The notes beneath the pieces are model-generated. The model did not search any database. It saw only the letters and a list, made by a program, of their open reading frames with translations, and had not been told where the DNA came from. The position numbers were made by a program, and so were the translations under genes. Of a stretch of 64,000 nucleotides of DNA, positions 36,385 to 56,500 are shown one piece after another. This DNA is from Phoronis australis (lineage: Eukaryota; Animalia; Phoronida), in the NCBI GenBank assembly GCA_002633005.1, contig NMRA01000217.1:372001-436000 (forward strand), read 5' to 3'. Within the stretch, counting starts at the first letter, position 1. The number at the start of each line of letters is the position of its first letter.

Positions 36385-38614
36385 GTAAGAGATAATTATA
36401 AGTCTGAAATGTATTATTAATGAGGTGAAAACCACTTATTTGGCGATTTTTTTATTGGTTAGTGCCTGTTTAAAGCACACGAGATGAGATGAGTACTGGT
36501 ACGGAAAGTGACGAGGAAAACTGTAGCCCCTCTATACCCAGCTGAGTGGCGATGTATTGCCTATCTCAAAGTTAAACTTACTGATTTTCTCTTCTCAAAG
36601 TTTCAAAAACGTCATTTCTTGCTGTACTATTTTACGGCCTGACTTGAATATTGCGTATCACAGGATAATAGTTTGGCTTTCAATCACAGACTGTTACTGG
36701 TAGGTTGGGGCCTCTGACCCTTGATCTTTAGGGTTGCACTTGCCACGATTTTAGGGTTAAGGTGACAGTCTTCCAATTCTTCCCCACTGCTGTTGATGTA
36801 GTCTATCATTAGGGCGACAATACTCTAATCATGCTGTGTATGCATTTCAGCCCCGTTCTAGTAAATGCATTTCACACTTAAAAATGTCAATTACAATATA
36901 GTCAAGCTGCCTAAATATCGTACGCGATGTCACATTTGCCATTGTACTTAATTTAAAATATTGTGGATTGTTGTAACTTCTTTACTGAAATGAAGACTTG
37001 CGTTCACGGAATGTTTCTGTTTCTAAATCTTTTCACTACAAGCCATGTTTGCGCTCTGACTGCTATTTAACACAGCTAGTAAACCCTTGGAGAACTTAAA
37101 CATAGGACACCATGTTTCCGCATATGCCGCACCGTCGTAAACGGACTAACCATGTAGTGGCCGAGGGCACCTTATCACCAAATTGCAGGTGGCGTGGTTT
37201 GATATGTTTGCTGCTACAACACAGCTCTGTTCACAACAAAATTAGCCATGAAATGTAATCTGATGTTGTTTCAGTGAATCGAAGCAAATGGCCAAAGCAG
37301 TTTAAGTATTGCTTTGCCTCTTGGATTTCACTTATGCATGTGCACGACCGGGGTTTGACTTGAATTTAAAGACTAATGAAAAAAAATGTAATAGTGGAGA
37401 ACTGTCAGTTCAGATGTTTTCAGTTTGGACAAAGATTTTAGTTTCAAGTTTAATAACAGTTTCATGAGATTGTCCAGTTTGGGACGACATAAGGGTCTAA
37501 ATTGCGCCTGCTCTATGCGAAATCAAAATGAGGCAATAAAAAATGAGATGTTGCCGGACACTGAATGCATTACAATGGAACGGAACTCAATGTCATTTAT
37601 TTCTAAGATTATGCTTCAGGTAACATTTTATAAAATTGTCCAATATTTAGGCTCGTCTGATATTTAGGCCCGTCCGATATTTAGGCACACTATCTGTAGC
37701 GATCCTTTCTATTTCTGTGCATGCCCTCGATAAAGCATTTGACGAATTAAGACGAATTTCTAAATCCATTTTTTGGTAGTTGTGAAGTTCTTTACCACGC
37801 ACGATAATGACAGTGGTATACCGAATCCTAGAATAATCGTAGTTGCCAGCTGACTGAATGAGTCAGGAAATCTAATCACCCAGCTCAGTTGGGTGATGTG
37901 TTAATTATGGCTTGCTTTTCAGGATTCAAAATTTGTTTTGCATCGGCACAGCTGATAAACATCCTACCTAGCTTTTCGCTTACTCAGAGATTCCCTGTGT
38001 GCAGTTTATGGTGGCCTACATATTAGCAACATTTCAGGTTGATCTACATTGTGGCTGAGGGCAGCATGGTGTTATGGTGTTTGTCCTGATACTCTTTGGT
38101 CTGCTTTGATTGACGTGATTAGGGAGAAGGTGTTCACTCTTCTCAAATGCTGATATTTTGAACTGAGTGCATGGATATTCTTTTTTCTTGTTAAAAAGTA
38201 AATTCCGGACCTTAACTGTGTTGGGAGTGCATATTGCAATCACGTCAATGGAAATTATAGGCATGTGGTATTGATAACCATTTTCTGAAAAAGCAACGGC
38301 TTGATGAAATACCCAAAAGTTGTCACTCGACGGCGATAGAATAGTTGATGGACAGCACTCGCACAATATTCTTGTACGGATTTAAAGCAGTAGGAGGTTT
38401 TTTAGGTATTTTTTATCAATTCTTCTCCAGAAAACTATCACTGTCCGGTGGATATTCATACAAACACAAGGGTGTCAAATGTCTCAAAATTTATGTTAAT
38501 TAGAGAAACTTCATTTCAGTCAAGTCAACCCATCTTGCACATTGAATTCGTAATTAGTGCCAACGAAAAATGCTTTTGTGCTCATACAGTGCTACGTAAA
38601 TAGTTGCATGTTAA

Positions 38615-42466
<3,852 letters not shown>

Positions 42467-44529
42467 GGCATTGCAGGGAATACTACCTACTCACCAGATG
42501 GAGGGATTTCTTCTACCAAAACCATGGCTCACTTAGAATTATCTGCTCGTGTTGGCGTGTTCCCTCCGTTCGAACAGGGAAAGAAGTTTTTATACTTTTC
42601 ACTAAAACCGAGGACACTGACTTGTAATTTCTCCAGTGCTTGTAGACTTCTGGTAAAGAGTCGTATGTATTGCAAATACTGGTCGTAGTGGATACCTTGT
42701 TTGTGTTTTGTGTGTATTGACTTTAGTTAAATTATTTTACCTTGGTCAAAATAAAATGTTTCTCAATTTTGTCAAAAACCAATCACTTATTTTTATTTTT
42801 TTGCGATGTGAGAACCGTACAAGCCTTCAAGACAGATATAAACACCTGTTATAAGATACTTAAAGTTTAATCACAGCAAATGAACTGTTCAGTGAACCAA
42901 ATGCTTTTACAAAATCACAGTACAGAAGTCTTAATTCCATGATCCTAAAACATGCAATCTTCTGCCTTGGTCACATATCGAGCGATGCACGACAGGATAA
43001 TTTCTTATTGGATCAGCCTGCCACTCCCCAAATTTCCTGACACAAATTCATTGTATCGGTGTCGTAAACTTTATGTGACCCAGGCATTAGAAGTTTGGCA
43101 CAAATGATCTATATAGATGAATACACTAATCTTGTGATCAGTTTTTACGAATTAAACCATCAGTCAATCTTGATTGTCTAAAACCTTTTCAAATTGAAGT
43201 TGCATCAGACTAGGAAGCCTTCACAATACTAATTGTCTCCCCTCGCCCGCAATTCTACATCAGTAGGTCTGCGGGTAATTTAAAATAAAATATTCTGCTG
43301 TTTTTCGTTGTATGGGTACACTGATTTTCGCTGAATCTAATCTGTCATATTTGCAACAGAAAAAATGATTCGTTTGTCAATAATCAAAAATATTTTTGAG
43401 TTGCATACATATTTCCTAATCAATCACTTAAGGGAAACCACACTAATTTTGTTTGTGCCCTGTGTAGCAAAACATTTTCTTCAAGACATCCAATGTAAAA
43501 ACACGCAGGAATCAAAATGCAACATTTAAAATGAAAACTCTTAATCTTTCTTAAAAGGATCCTACACATTTATTGGATAAATAACATGCCAATTGTCAAA
43601 GGTGACCGACAACCAGAGGTATTCCCTCGTTCTCAACTCGCCAGAACCAGCTAGACGAACGAGAGCCCACGGAATGCGGATTAGCTTCAAATAAGCACAC
43701 AACACTACAGTACAAGCCAAATGTATTCAGACAAAATGACAGGAATTCCCCCCGTCATGACACCTAGCCAAGAGCCAAACTCATCATTAGAACTGTTTTT
43801 CTTTGTGTCCCAGCATGAAGGAGAATTAAAAGAAAGGTGGCCATAATAAGCCATTCTTTACTTAGAATTTTATCCCCACGACAGTAATTACTAGTAACTT
43901 GGTGTTAACCAGTGGGGAGACTGCATTTTGTCTGAATAGTTTTACTGTAACCCACTTTTGTATGCAACTTAAGCAGAGTCAATACATTTAGGCCAAACTT
44001 GAAATATAATTTTCCGTGTATGGTTTTAGGCAAAGCTAAATTTGTGTGTTGAATGATCTTTTGTTACGATATAGTTTCGATCCATTCAATTGATAAGGTT
44101 AGACGCACTTAGTATTTCATACATTCATCAAGAAAATGTGCAAGTATCTGAAATTGAAAAAACTATTTTGAATACATACAAATAGTCGATTGAGAAAAAA
44201 TCCTAAAAAGAAACAATTTGTCAATTTTTGAACAGCGATTTTGACAATTTTTGAAAGTTCTCACCAGAGTTTTAATTTCATATTGTTCCAATATGGCAAA
44301 GTGTTATTACGAGATTGTGTATCATTTCATATGAAAAAGGAAAATGGGACATCACCTATTTGCCACATTTTGTCCTAAACAGGTGAAACACATTCACTAA
44401 GCATGGACTTGCTGGGAAATCTGTCAGTTTTATATAATGTAAATTTACAGCTTCGGCGGTTCAGGATGAAATATGAACGACTTGCTTGACTGGGTAACGT
44501 ACGCGATCCACAACTCTGACCAGGCGCTT

Positions 44530-47500
44530 TCAGAAGTATGTACTGAAAAAAAATCAAAATGCATGAAATGAATGTTAAAAATAAACTTCAACATACACGG
44601 GCAAAACAACTTCTACAGAGTTTTAAGCGTGTTCAAAGTAATTCTGAATCATGGTTTTGCCTTAAGCCTACTAGCAGTCGTGCATCTACCTCATACAGCA
44701 AATACAGTGTAGATCAGTCTAACGGTGCACTGTACATAGACCGAATTACAACTTGAGAAAAGGATTCAACTAAACTTTTATTTAGACTTATTTTACAAAC
44801 CTAGAACTCCTAGAAAACTGTATTCAGTACTTTAGTGAGCAAATTTTGGGAGAAAGCAGAAAGGCAGAATGAGGTTGCAAATAAGGAAGGGCGTTGCAAA
44901 GCATGAAGCAACTAAGCTGGGTTATGAATAAGCAAAACCAACTGTGAGAGTATCGAGCAACACTCATTTGCCCACTTCTCATATGGACTGAGGCTTTGCG
45001 AAATTTGTATATATGATACACTATGACGAGATCCTAAAGAAACCAGTGGGATCCAGCTGATGTCTTCTGCTGGCACGCCATCTTCTGGTCAGATTGTCAA
45101 GAAATCATGGACTCTTCAAATAGACACGTATGTCTGGTCACAGAGTCTAGCTAAGTTTCAACAGATTAATATGCAAAGTACAAAAGAGACCACCGTGTAC
45201 AGTGAAACACACAGAATGGAGTCTACCTGGTTTGCAAATGCTCTTCTGATTTCAGGTGATCATGCAAATGGAAAGAAATTTACTGCCACTAAACAGAGAT
45301 CTACAGTGCTGACTACAGTCTCAAGAGGACGGGATTAAGATGCTGTTGTGGAAGCAAATAAACAGCACATCTAGCTGAGAAACAACAGTTACCATAAGAG
45401 CACAAGTCTTCACAGACTAAACAAATCTAGAAATACGAGAAATGAGCTTGTCAGGCAGCAGACTAGTTTGCTGCTGAGATCTGCATTCGGATGCATAGTT
45501 TGAGAACTGGTGTAAGAGTTATACCAAGGTACCTAAACTACACGGTCAACGGACTCATAAACATGGGACACGGACACATGAACATGAATTACGGATCTGC
45601 AAACACCGTCCACTGACTCACAAACACGGGAACGGACTCACAAAACACGATCCACGCACCCAAATACATGGGACACGGACTCATATTCACGAGGAAACAC
45701 GGTTAACGGACCGTCAGACACGGGTCATGGACTCATCAGCTTCCTAGGTCAGCTGACATCTCCATTTTGTTTGTGACCCGTGTTTGGCAGTCCGTGTTTA
45801 TGAGTCCGTTGACCGTGTAGTTTAGGTACCTTGTATACTTTGAGGGAATATGACGAAAAAGTGACATACAAGATCATGTGCCGAGCAACATATTCTTTGT
45901 ATTTATTAAATTGAAAAGCATCCTTTTCTCTTTAAAGTTGCGGACTCCTTGTTTTTCTACCACTTTCAAATTGTTTGGAAATGAAACTAGAGAAAATTTT
46001 AAAGTTTTAATATTTTTCCACAAACATGCTTGAGGCATTTCTGGGGACGATGATTAACTTTTCCGCGAATGTTGTTGAAGAATGCAGACAGGTGGCTTTG
46101 GCAATTTTTGTACCTGGATCAAAGATCATGATTCATATCAATGTATAACAAATAATTCAGTTTAAAGTCAATTAAAACCATCTTAAACACTCAAAAGCAG
46201 ACTTGCCAAATAATTCTTGAAGTAGACTTTTGCGCCGTATTGCATCACCACGAAAAAACAGTGAACAAACAATGGCCGATAGGTGTAATTTTGAACATTT
46301 GCCTGCAACTGCAGTAGCAGTATGTATCCACCGCGGGTACCAGAGTATCCACCGCGGGTACCAGAGTATATTGAATAGAACACCATGTGATTAATTATTT
46401 GTTCGTAGCTGTTTAAATTAACAGATGACTTTCGTCATGGCATAGATGAGAGTCAGGTAATAATACGCCAAACAGTTCAATACTTTGGCAAATTATTATT
46501 TCAGAGAGGTCAGTGTAACGCATTAACAATATTTCAGGAACGGAATTTACCTGTTCGAACAAGGCAGGTTCAATAACAGAAATTTACTATAAACATTGAG
46601 GGTATCTATGAACATAATAAACAGCTTCTGTGGAGGAATAATTCTAATATACTGAAAAGAATTTAGAGCAGATCACTTGGCAAGAACGTTATTGACAGCA
46701 CAGCAGCTATTAAATGAAAGACTGGGACATTAAAGCAGATCTAAAAACAAAGAATGCTTCATAAAGGAATTTGACATCAGGCCTGCACACTGCATTTTCA
46801 GATTCATCTTCACAGAACACTTACATTTCATCTTCATACTCTTTAGGGGGCGCCACAGCTACTATAAATTGCACCATATCCTGCAATTCAAAATCAGTAA
46901 ACATTCACAGTTATATTTTAAGACTATTAAATTAAGGCTTATTTAACAACTCAGAGCTATAATTAAACACTTAATTAAAACCTTTTGTGAATTCACTTTA
47001 AAAAAATATCCTAAGTTAATGAAAACCTGGCAAAGTTTTAATGCCAAAATCCTGACTATGATAAAATCTTACCAGTTAAGAACATGACGGTAAAATTTTC
47101 ATAAAGGCTAACAACACCAAGCAACTGCTTTATGGGTTTATAGTTCTGCTAGCAACAGGCAAAGTTGTAAGAAACTGGGTGTCCATAACAAAGTTCTAAA
47201 TCTTTCAAAAAAAGATCAATTTTGGCAAACTGTTTATAGGTGAGATTTTAACATACACCTGACTTATCACAATTTTCTTTTGAAATTCTTCACAATGGTC
47301 ACTCAGTAACTTTGACAAAACAAGATGACTCACCAACAAAATAACTTCACTATTAGGCTTATAATCAACAGTTACTTCATGGAGTTTTAAGTCGCGAAGA
47401 TAACGGGACATGTTCAACATCAGTAACAAGCCGAGAACGGATAATATGTCACTCGCCTTTAACAAATGAAGGACTAGTTGCAATCAACGCACACAGCTCT

Positions 47501-50500
47501 ATACTAATTCTTGGCATATTAGTTTTGGTTCAGAAATAGACTACAGTGCGTGCACAGCATAGGTCGCAAATTTTTATACGATCGGTCAAAAACGAGTAAG
47601 CGACTGAGCGGTAGGAAAAACTGTGGGGTTAGAAATATACTTTAATAAAAATATGTTTTACCGCCTTGCTGAGATAAGCGTCCTGAATAGACTTCTGTGC
47701 TGAAGACAAAGTGACATCCAGCAGCGATGTGCCATTAACCATCATCAACTGATCGTGTTTGTGAATACCACCTGAAAGACATGCTACATATAATGAAATT
47801 TTTATCCCTAAATTGCGGAATCGGGGAAAACTAAGCGAAATTATACTACTCTAAATTCTTGACAAAAACGAACGTACGTTCAGTACAACAAAGCCGATAG
47901 ACATCTGTCACTTTCCTGAAGTTTAGTTACAGTTACACTACAAAAGAACGATTAAAGTCACAAACAACATTCTAGTGATGTCCAACACATGTTTGACAAA
48001 TTTCATTATGATCTGGCCAGCATTTTTTGAGATAGTGAGCAGACACTTTGACAGGATGACAACAATATGCAATATGTGGGTGCATAAAAAACTGTGCCAC
48101 CATGCCATTCTTACCGCTAACAGGAAGGCTTGTTCCCTAAAACCTGTCGGACCCCTCTCCTGATATCCTAGATCTGCCACAGACTTTGATTGGCGGATAT
48201 TAAGATCTTAGTACAAGTAAGCATGTATTAAGGATATGAAATGGGCCATCACACACACACAAACAAGAGCACATTGTATGGAATTACAAAGTCATTTTCA
48301 TACCATGTCTTTGTACTGAGCCACCTTCCAGAATGTCTGTGACAATAACACGGCCGGCGAGAGGCGAATCACTCCCGCCCTCCACATGCATGTCAAGAGG
48401 ACCATCTTTGGGGACCCGGATTAACAAGATCTGCCTGCCATCTATCTGCTGGTCACTGAACTACAAATTGACATCAAGCAGCAGGTTATGTAGGATTTTA
48501 TCAACAAGTCTCCGTGTTCAGTCAAATGTATACAAAAAATAACCCACTATCACCAACCACAAGGCATCAGTGGCTGGACGTTAGCACAGGTTCTGTAATT
48601 ATCAATACAATGCCACCTGCTGTACAACTACAATGTACTCACCATTTGGTCTGGGTCAAAGTCTTCCTCCTTAATATACCATGGCTCATCAGGAGTGCAA
48701 ACCGTCTTTACAGCAGGGAGTCCCATATTGGGGCTCAGAAGTACCGGTTTTTGACCGAGGTAACTTGGTGCTTTCTCAACCTTACGTGGAGACTGGAAAA
48801 ATTTTGACAGCAATAAAAACTTCAGACAAAGTGTGTTATCCTGAAACAGTTAATCTTCAATAAGGCATTTTTCACGCCTGAGCATATGTACAACAACTGG
48901 TTCAAAAAGTTGACTAGCGATTTCACTTTCAAAGATTTGCCAAAGGTAAATCCCAGTTTCAGAAATGCTGAGCCCAAGAAAAACAGGAATGTAATTTCAT
49001 GTCCTACCCATGATCTGATCACATGAAACAAACCACATTATTCAACATGTCCCTAGGAAAACCTGTTGCATTTCTCAACACATTCAGTTTTTAGATGTAA
49101 CCATGGCAACAAACCCCACAACACACAACACATCAAAACCACAAACAATTACAACATACAAAATGCGATACACACGAGAGTACAAAACTAAAAAACAAAA
49201 CAAAACACGAAATTGAGGTGTGAAACTCAATTAAAACATCACATTCCTAGTTGGTTTTTGAGAAAATATTTCCTAAAAGGAAACCAGTCAATAGCCTGTG
49301 TGACCCAAACATATACGCTTGCCCCGAGTCCATGCCATTTTTTACTAAAATTGATTGTGTCTACAATGCGCCTGGATAGTACCACTATCTCTAGCTCTGT
49401 AACGTTCCAATGAAAGGATTGTATTGTCTGATAGGTGTCACTGCCTTGAGGTTGTGTTAAACATTGAAGACAGCATTACAAAAATAGAGACTTCACTCTA
49501 AGCTTAAGACAATGAAACTATGTCAGCATACACCGGTGAAGAAGAAACGAGATGCTTGTCATACGGCACAATTTAAGACAAGGTAGCACAAATTGTAAAA
49601 GATAAATTAAAATTAATGTAATATTCTATTTGGTTGTTGGTTCCTGGGTCTCACTCAGAAAAAACATCAAATTACACACTATGAACAGCACAGAATAGAC
49701 AAGGCAAATGAAGAGTAAAATTACATCCCACCTGAAAATTAAAAAGCAGTAACACGCAAACAGTAACTACAGCTGAATTTTCTCAAAAAGAACATGTATC
49801 TTCATAAGTGTCGCCATCACCTTTTTAGGGAAATTGTATCTAAGATGGTAAAAACTACGAGCATTCTGAGTGTAGCTGCACTATTTCTACTAAGCAGTAC
49901 TTAAGGGTGAACTGGCGACTCCTGGATCAAAATGTTTAAGAAACGGACATCAGTGTTGACTAGAAGATACAGCTCTGTAAAGTAGTACAAACTGCAGCCA
50001 CAGCACCAGGCTGAGTGCAAGCAAAATTCAGAGTTGCTAGAACGAACTGCCAGTAATGACTGGGAAAATGGTATTTTGTTCCATTACTTTTGGGGTGTAC
50101 TGTATGACGTAAACTTCAACGTCAACTCATGTATTAACAGGAAGACATGATGATTAATGTGAATATTACCAGTGTCTTACCAATGCAAGGCATTCCCTTT
50201 TCACAAAAATGAAGTTCCTTTTTTCCAACAAACATAAAAATTGATGGAAAATACCAAAACCAAAGCCAAAGAATAATGCACACTTGAACAAACAACAGAC
50301 ACTTGAACAATAAACATTCAAGTACATAATTATGCTAAAAATGAAGCGAACAACTCACAGACTTGAACATCTAGAGTGAAATCTTAGCAGCTCCAGAGTT
50401 AGCCTTGCCACAGCTGTTGGAAAACTTGAGGAATTTTGGTAAAATTGATAAGATTGTGTAAGAATTGATAAAAAATTGAGATTTTACAATTGGCTCAGTA

Positions 50501-53500
50501 TTTGACTTGACTTCAGGTTATGTATCTGATGAAAATGGCGGATACATTCTGCAGTAATCTCAGACTTCCAACAGCAGATTTACATCAGTCATAAAATGAT
50601 TCAACACTACACTCAGCAATGCCCCCTACAGGGAGCTATGTTAGTTCCATCAAGACAAACCAGCAGCTACAAAATGGCCACACTACAAACTAGAAAGCAC
50701 TACACAGCTAACACCAGGGATACCTTCACCACAAGCGGCTGCATTGGTGGCATAGAGGTCGGCTGCCGATCCTCGTCCGTGATGGCCACCGTCCGCAACG
50801 GGACGACGGGCAACTTACGAATAGCCTGTGGAAGCAGCATGATGGGATGCTTGAATAAAGCTTTGTGATTGGCTAATTATGATTTTGGTCAAAGCTGATG
50901 GGCACCAGTGCCTGGTTGCACAAGACAGTCCCAAATAGGGACTCAACTAAGTTCCCTAAATCTGTAGCGTATTTGCGAGCTTGTGAAAACAGATTGTCCT
51001 TTCTTACGCTGTTTGAGTATCATTACTAAGTAAATTTTTGGCTTTGATGCAAATTGAGAGTCAATTCTTCGTTGAATTCTCAATATTATTGAAAATAAGA
51101 AGGGATCTTTTCATGCAATGCCCCTTATTTATGGACTAAGTCCCTACTAGTAGATATTTTGACTGAAGGGCTCAGTTCTCAGTTATATTATTAGAAAAAA
51201 AATGTCATTAGTTAAAGAAGAGCTTATAATAAAGATAAAATGATGGAAAAATAATAAACCTGTAGGTATAGAACGAAATAAATACGCGCAATATTTCAGG
51301 AACTTAGTTCAGTCCTTATTTGGGACTGTTTCATGCAACCCAGCACTGGAGTCTGTTCCATGAAAAGTGACTTAAGATTTAACACGGAATTTTGGTTTTA
51401 TGCTCCACATAACTATTTCTGAAAAAAAAAATTAAATCTCACCTGTGCAAAAGGGCAAAGCCTCTGAGAATAAACACAAAACTGCAAAATACAGACTGAA
51501 ATAATTTCTACGCAAGACCGAAACGTTTATGGCTAAATCTTTATTCTGTATTATAAAGCAAGAGCGCCACCTTCTGTCTTAAGTCTTAAGACACTTTCAC
51601 CCCTGAGCGTGCTGTCGAACAATATAATTAGCTCAATATTTATGTACACGACCAACAAGCATAGGGTGTAGCATACTACATATTAGACACATTGCATTTC
51701 TGATATGACCACATAATACAGATTGACAAAAGCTCCAGAATTTCAGACATAGCTACTAATTATGATCAAAATAATTCGGACATTCACTACCAGATAACAA
51801 AACGCGACTCTAATTTTGACAAGTGCCATTGAATCCAGGGATAGACCAAGGAATTCACAGCTGTTTAAAGCGCACATATATTCAAACATAAAAGCATAAT
51901 ATTCTGTAATAAACAAGGCATCATTAATCAAATTCAGTTTCATTGATAAAGTAGCATCACATATCAAACCCATGTCATCAAGCTTGTCTTTTGTTTAAAG
52001 ATATGAATATCATCAGCATTGATCAATTGTTGCAGTTACTGTAACGTGACATGTTATAACGCAATGCCATTGACAGCAGTCTTCAAACAAAGAATGAAAT
52101 AGAGATGTGAGGTCACTCCTGTCAAATGTTGCATACCTTACCACAGATTAATGGTAGCACTTTGAAAACGTGATGTGACGTTGTTTCTTTATAACAGCGA
52201 AACATTAGAACTGACAAAACCAATTTAATGGACAGACTGTCAACAAAAACCTAAGATACGACAATCTTTCCTGCATATGACATTTCATAAAAGAAGACCT
52301 GGTTTTCAATAATGTTCAGCCCATTTTTCAAAACCCATTTAATAACTTTGCAAATTAGACAGTTTGAACTGGATCAAGTCAATGCTATTACGTATCTCAT
52401 GATTTATCGCACATACAATACACATAAAACCAACCTCTGACTAAGGATGAACAATAAGATAAAACTACTCTAGTGCAGTGTCAGAGGAAGACACGAAAAA
52501 TAATTCAGACTCTAGCAAACAAACTACAGAGATGCAAAAGACAGTCAAGACTTTGGGAAAGAAACTGAAACAAAAGAACAGCAAACTACACGTCATATAA
52601 GTGTTGAAATTCAGTAGGAACAAGTCCAGCAAATCAGCCACCTGGGAAAGAAGTTGAAACTTTGAAGGAAGTATCTCGCCATAAAGAGAAAGTTTAATAG
52701 TGAAGAAAAGGTCAAGCAGATCCCCGGCTAGTCTAGGAGACACGTTGCCTTACCCCCGGGGTCTGAACCTCGTGACGCTGTCTCTCACGCTCTGCCTCTG
52801 TCATTTCCTGTTTGACCCTGTCCTGTTTGATACTGAACTCTCGCTTGAGTTCCCTCAATTCATTCGCCTGCAGTGATGTCATCAGCTGGTTTTCCTTCCC
52901 CTGTCGCTTCTCCCGCTCCTTCTGACGCTCCTGACGAGCATTCAGGGGAGATAACAACTGATTGAGTGCTTGGAGTAAATCATACAATACGCCCTAGTAA
53001 GACCTTGTTACCAGACGAATGGTAAATTTAATAGACCATTTTTGACGTGATAAGTATATTAAGTTGTAACCTCTGCAAGAAACCACACTAAAAAAAGCGG
53101 CCATAATTATTCTGATTTCTCATACCAGGTCATTTGAAGTGAAACACGTTCTCCTAATTGTGGATCTCTGTGTTCCTTTCAGTTATTTAAATTATTAAGG
53201 CAAGAACTCTTAAAGGGCTATGACGTCCACAAGTCAATGGTTTCTATGGCAACACGGTTAAGAATACAGGCACAGCCATCACTAACTTAAATCTATATTT
53301 CCAAATCCCTAAATAAACAAAGATGGTAATGGAAATGAACGCAAGAGTGGTTTGTGCTGTTGATATCCCAACCACGATGGATCCGAGTTGGCCGTTGAAA
53401 AATTGATTGAAGCGGGCATCATGATATACCAAGCTTATAAGCATGGGATTGACCCAGCAAACAGGGATCACACACACACACAGAGCCAGTCAGTCCACAG

Positions 53501-56500
53501 CTCATGTTCTTACCTCTTCCTTCAGCCATTCCTGCTTCAACCGCTCCAGTTCTCTCTGCTCTCGAAGTTCCAGTGTCATCCGTCGCGCTTCTTCCCGTTT
53601 GGCCTCTTGGTCTTTCCAGAACTGCTCTTCGGCATCTGGAAACAAAATCAATGTGTGCTGTATAATGACATTTGGTCACAACGTCTCTGAGATTGCTGTA
53701 AAGCGAGATTTTTGACAGATGAAGTTCATGCCAAGTGCAGTTCCAGGTAAGGCAAAATTCTTGGTCACGACTTAATCAATATGGATCGTAATGGAACATG
53801 CAGAAGAGCACAGAACACAGCAATTATCACATTTTTACAACCTAAAACGTAAATAAGCACTGAGTTTTAGTACCACAAATATTGTGAGACATTCTTAAAT
53901 GTTGTCTTCTTCTTAAAAATTAATATATAATGAACTAGTGACAGTCAATTCATAAAGTATATAATCTTTTGAAACTAGGAATCAAGACAAATCTAATCTT
54001 GTCACAACACTGTGCTTATTCTGTTGGTCACATGACAACGCATTTTCGGCAAATGTCATTTTTGAAAGGTACATTCATTTGATAGGGATATAGCGCCGAC
54101 TTTTTAATGATACTTTTTGTGCAATAGAGGTAGATGTAACCCTAAGGATGCACACCCACACATGGACTGTGATATCTTATTGATATGCGATTAGTACTCA
54201 CCGTAAAGTAAAGGTCTGACTGAACCCTTCAAGGGGACTGTAACTGTTCTTGATAGAGAAAAACAGACCCCCCGTTACTTTGGAATGACAATTTTTTCGA
54301 CTTTATTAATGCTCTCTTGGCATGTATTTACTATTCAATGGTAACATTAATGGTCCAACAAAAGACGCACATCTTATGTCTGCATTCACATCCACTGAGC
54401 AAACATAACATCACACTCGCTATTGATTGCATTCTGTGGCACTCACTAGACATTTACTCACTAGAGGTGAATGCAGAAACAAGATACAGGACTTTTGCTG
54501 GGACATTTGCATCGCTTTTTACTCTTTCATACAGATCAGGAGAACAGAAATCAACTCAGTTTGTAAACGTCTCTTCAGGATAACCAGCGATCTGCATCAA
54601 TTTTTTTTTACTAAAAGGTAAAATAAAAACCGGCAATACTTTCCACTCTATACTTCAGGAAATGCATGACTGGGTAGCAACCATTCATTGTTACACCCAG
54701 TGACAATCAAAAACCATTTTGCTTCTAATACTAATACCTCTGAAAAAACATGTAAAGATTGAATTTAGAATTAAATAAAAAATCTACCAGCTGGAGAGTG
54801 CATAGACAAGAAGTAAGAATGTTGAAGAGAATTCGAAGGAACCAATTTGAAAGTTATTGATTTTCATGTACAGCTTTGAATCCATATGTTGGAACTGCTG
54901 CTCCAAACTGTTTATGAAATTACTAATCTAAAAGTTCAAACTCAACACATAATAAGGTGCGTTTTTCTAAACACAAGCACCCCAAACTCGTCGCTGTGAA
55001 ATTCAATCTTATAGTGCATCAACGAGTCTGTGCAAGACACTGCAGACTAATTGGTATGGTTAGTCACCAGCCAAATATAATCATGTCATGTGACGTATTT
55101 TTGGAATAAGGTCGACTTAATTGCACATTACCTTCCGATGATTTTTAAATATCTACTTGTCTGGCAATATACCTGAGGTACACCGTGCCAAAATTACATG
55201 TACATTATATCTTTGCAACAGCTTTTAGCAAAGGAATACTTGTCTCACTTAATGCTCACCCCAATGGAACAGCCACAGCAAGTTTCAGTGAACACACACA
55301 AAGGAATTCACATCACTAACTATAAACAGACTGTGAAACCACACAAAGCCTACCATATACTCTCTATCTGTAGACAACAAAGCTATAACTAACATCACAC
55401 ACATATCATCTACACTAAGTTACCCAGATTTGTGGAAACACGTTGCTGTTTTCGTTCTTTTTCTTGCAAACTCAGCTGAATCATTCTTGACTCAAGGTTA
55501 TAGCAATCTATGTGATTAGGAAAACCAAGCGTAAGTGAAGACAGGAGACATTGGAAGGGAAAAGCCAATGTTTAGTGGTGTGGTTTTCAACGTAGAAATA
55601 CATCTCACCAGGTCCCTTAGATTTAGACAACCTTGCTTTCACCATATTTATTGCTCTCTTTGCAAAGCAACATTCAAAGTGGCAATAGACCCACCTTTCA
55701 TCACAAAAAGTAATTTTTGAATTAAATCACTTAAAACGTTGTGACATTGGTATAAAATTTGTTCATTGGTCAAATTAGAGGTGAGTTCAGGGGTTAAATA
55801 GAACTAACACTTCCTTAATGCACGAAAACAAGACTGAAAGTTGGCTTGTCATGTCACGGTCATGGTCTCAAGCAATTCATTTCAAAACCTTGAAAACACT
55901 TCTCACCTGAGTTTAGGAAATATTGAGAGCAATTGTACAGTCACTGGTAAATCTTAAGTTTCTTTGACAGAACGTGGCTTTATAGCTGCACTTAGTCAAT
56001 CAGCCGATGTAACTGTCATGTGACTGTACACTCAGTCCACTACAGCAAACACAATCATGTGTTATATTACCACCAGAGGGCACTTGTGACTGCTCAGTGA
56101 AACAAATCACAGACATCACGACAGTCAAAACAACTACAACCACTCACTAAATAAATGTTTCACGCATGCACAGTTAACAGGAGGCAGGACAATTAGTATT
56201 TAAAAGTGAAATACATCTAAGATTGTAATAACTTGCATGTTTGATGACAAAACATATAGTTGCCTGGCACGAGGCGAACAAAAAGCCATTGGAAGTTATT
56301 ATGATGTTGGCACGCTAAAGCACTGTAATCGCCAAGGTCAAATTATGCAACACACAGGAACTGGGCAGGCTATAAAACTTTCCACCGATGAACCATCCCA
56401 GGGGAAGCCAAAATTTCTAATACGAATACAATATTTAAGCAAACAAATTCAGTGGCATACACAGACTGCCTAATAGGCCTGTAACTTCTTGCTGGTACCT

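Noticed and set aside
55132-55172. Additional small harmonin exon with AG/GT boundaries
   Set aside because: Contains an in-frame stop in the required phase and is not frame-preserving.
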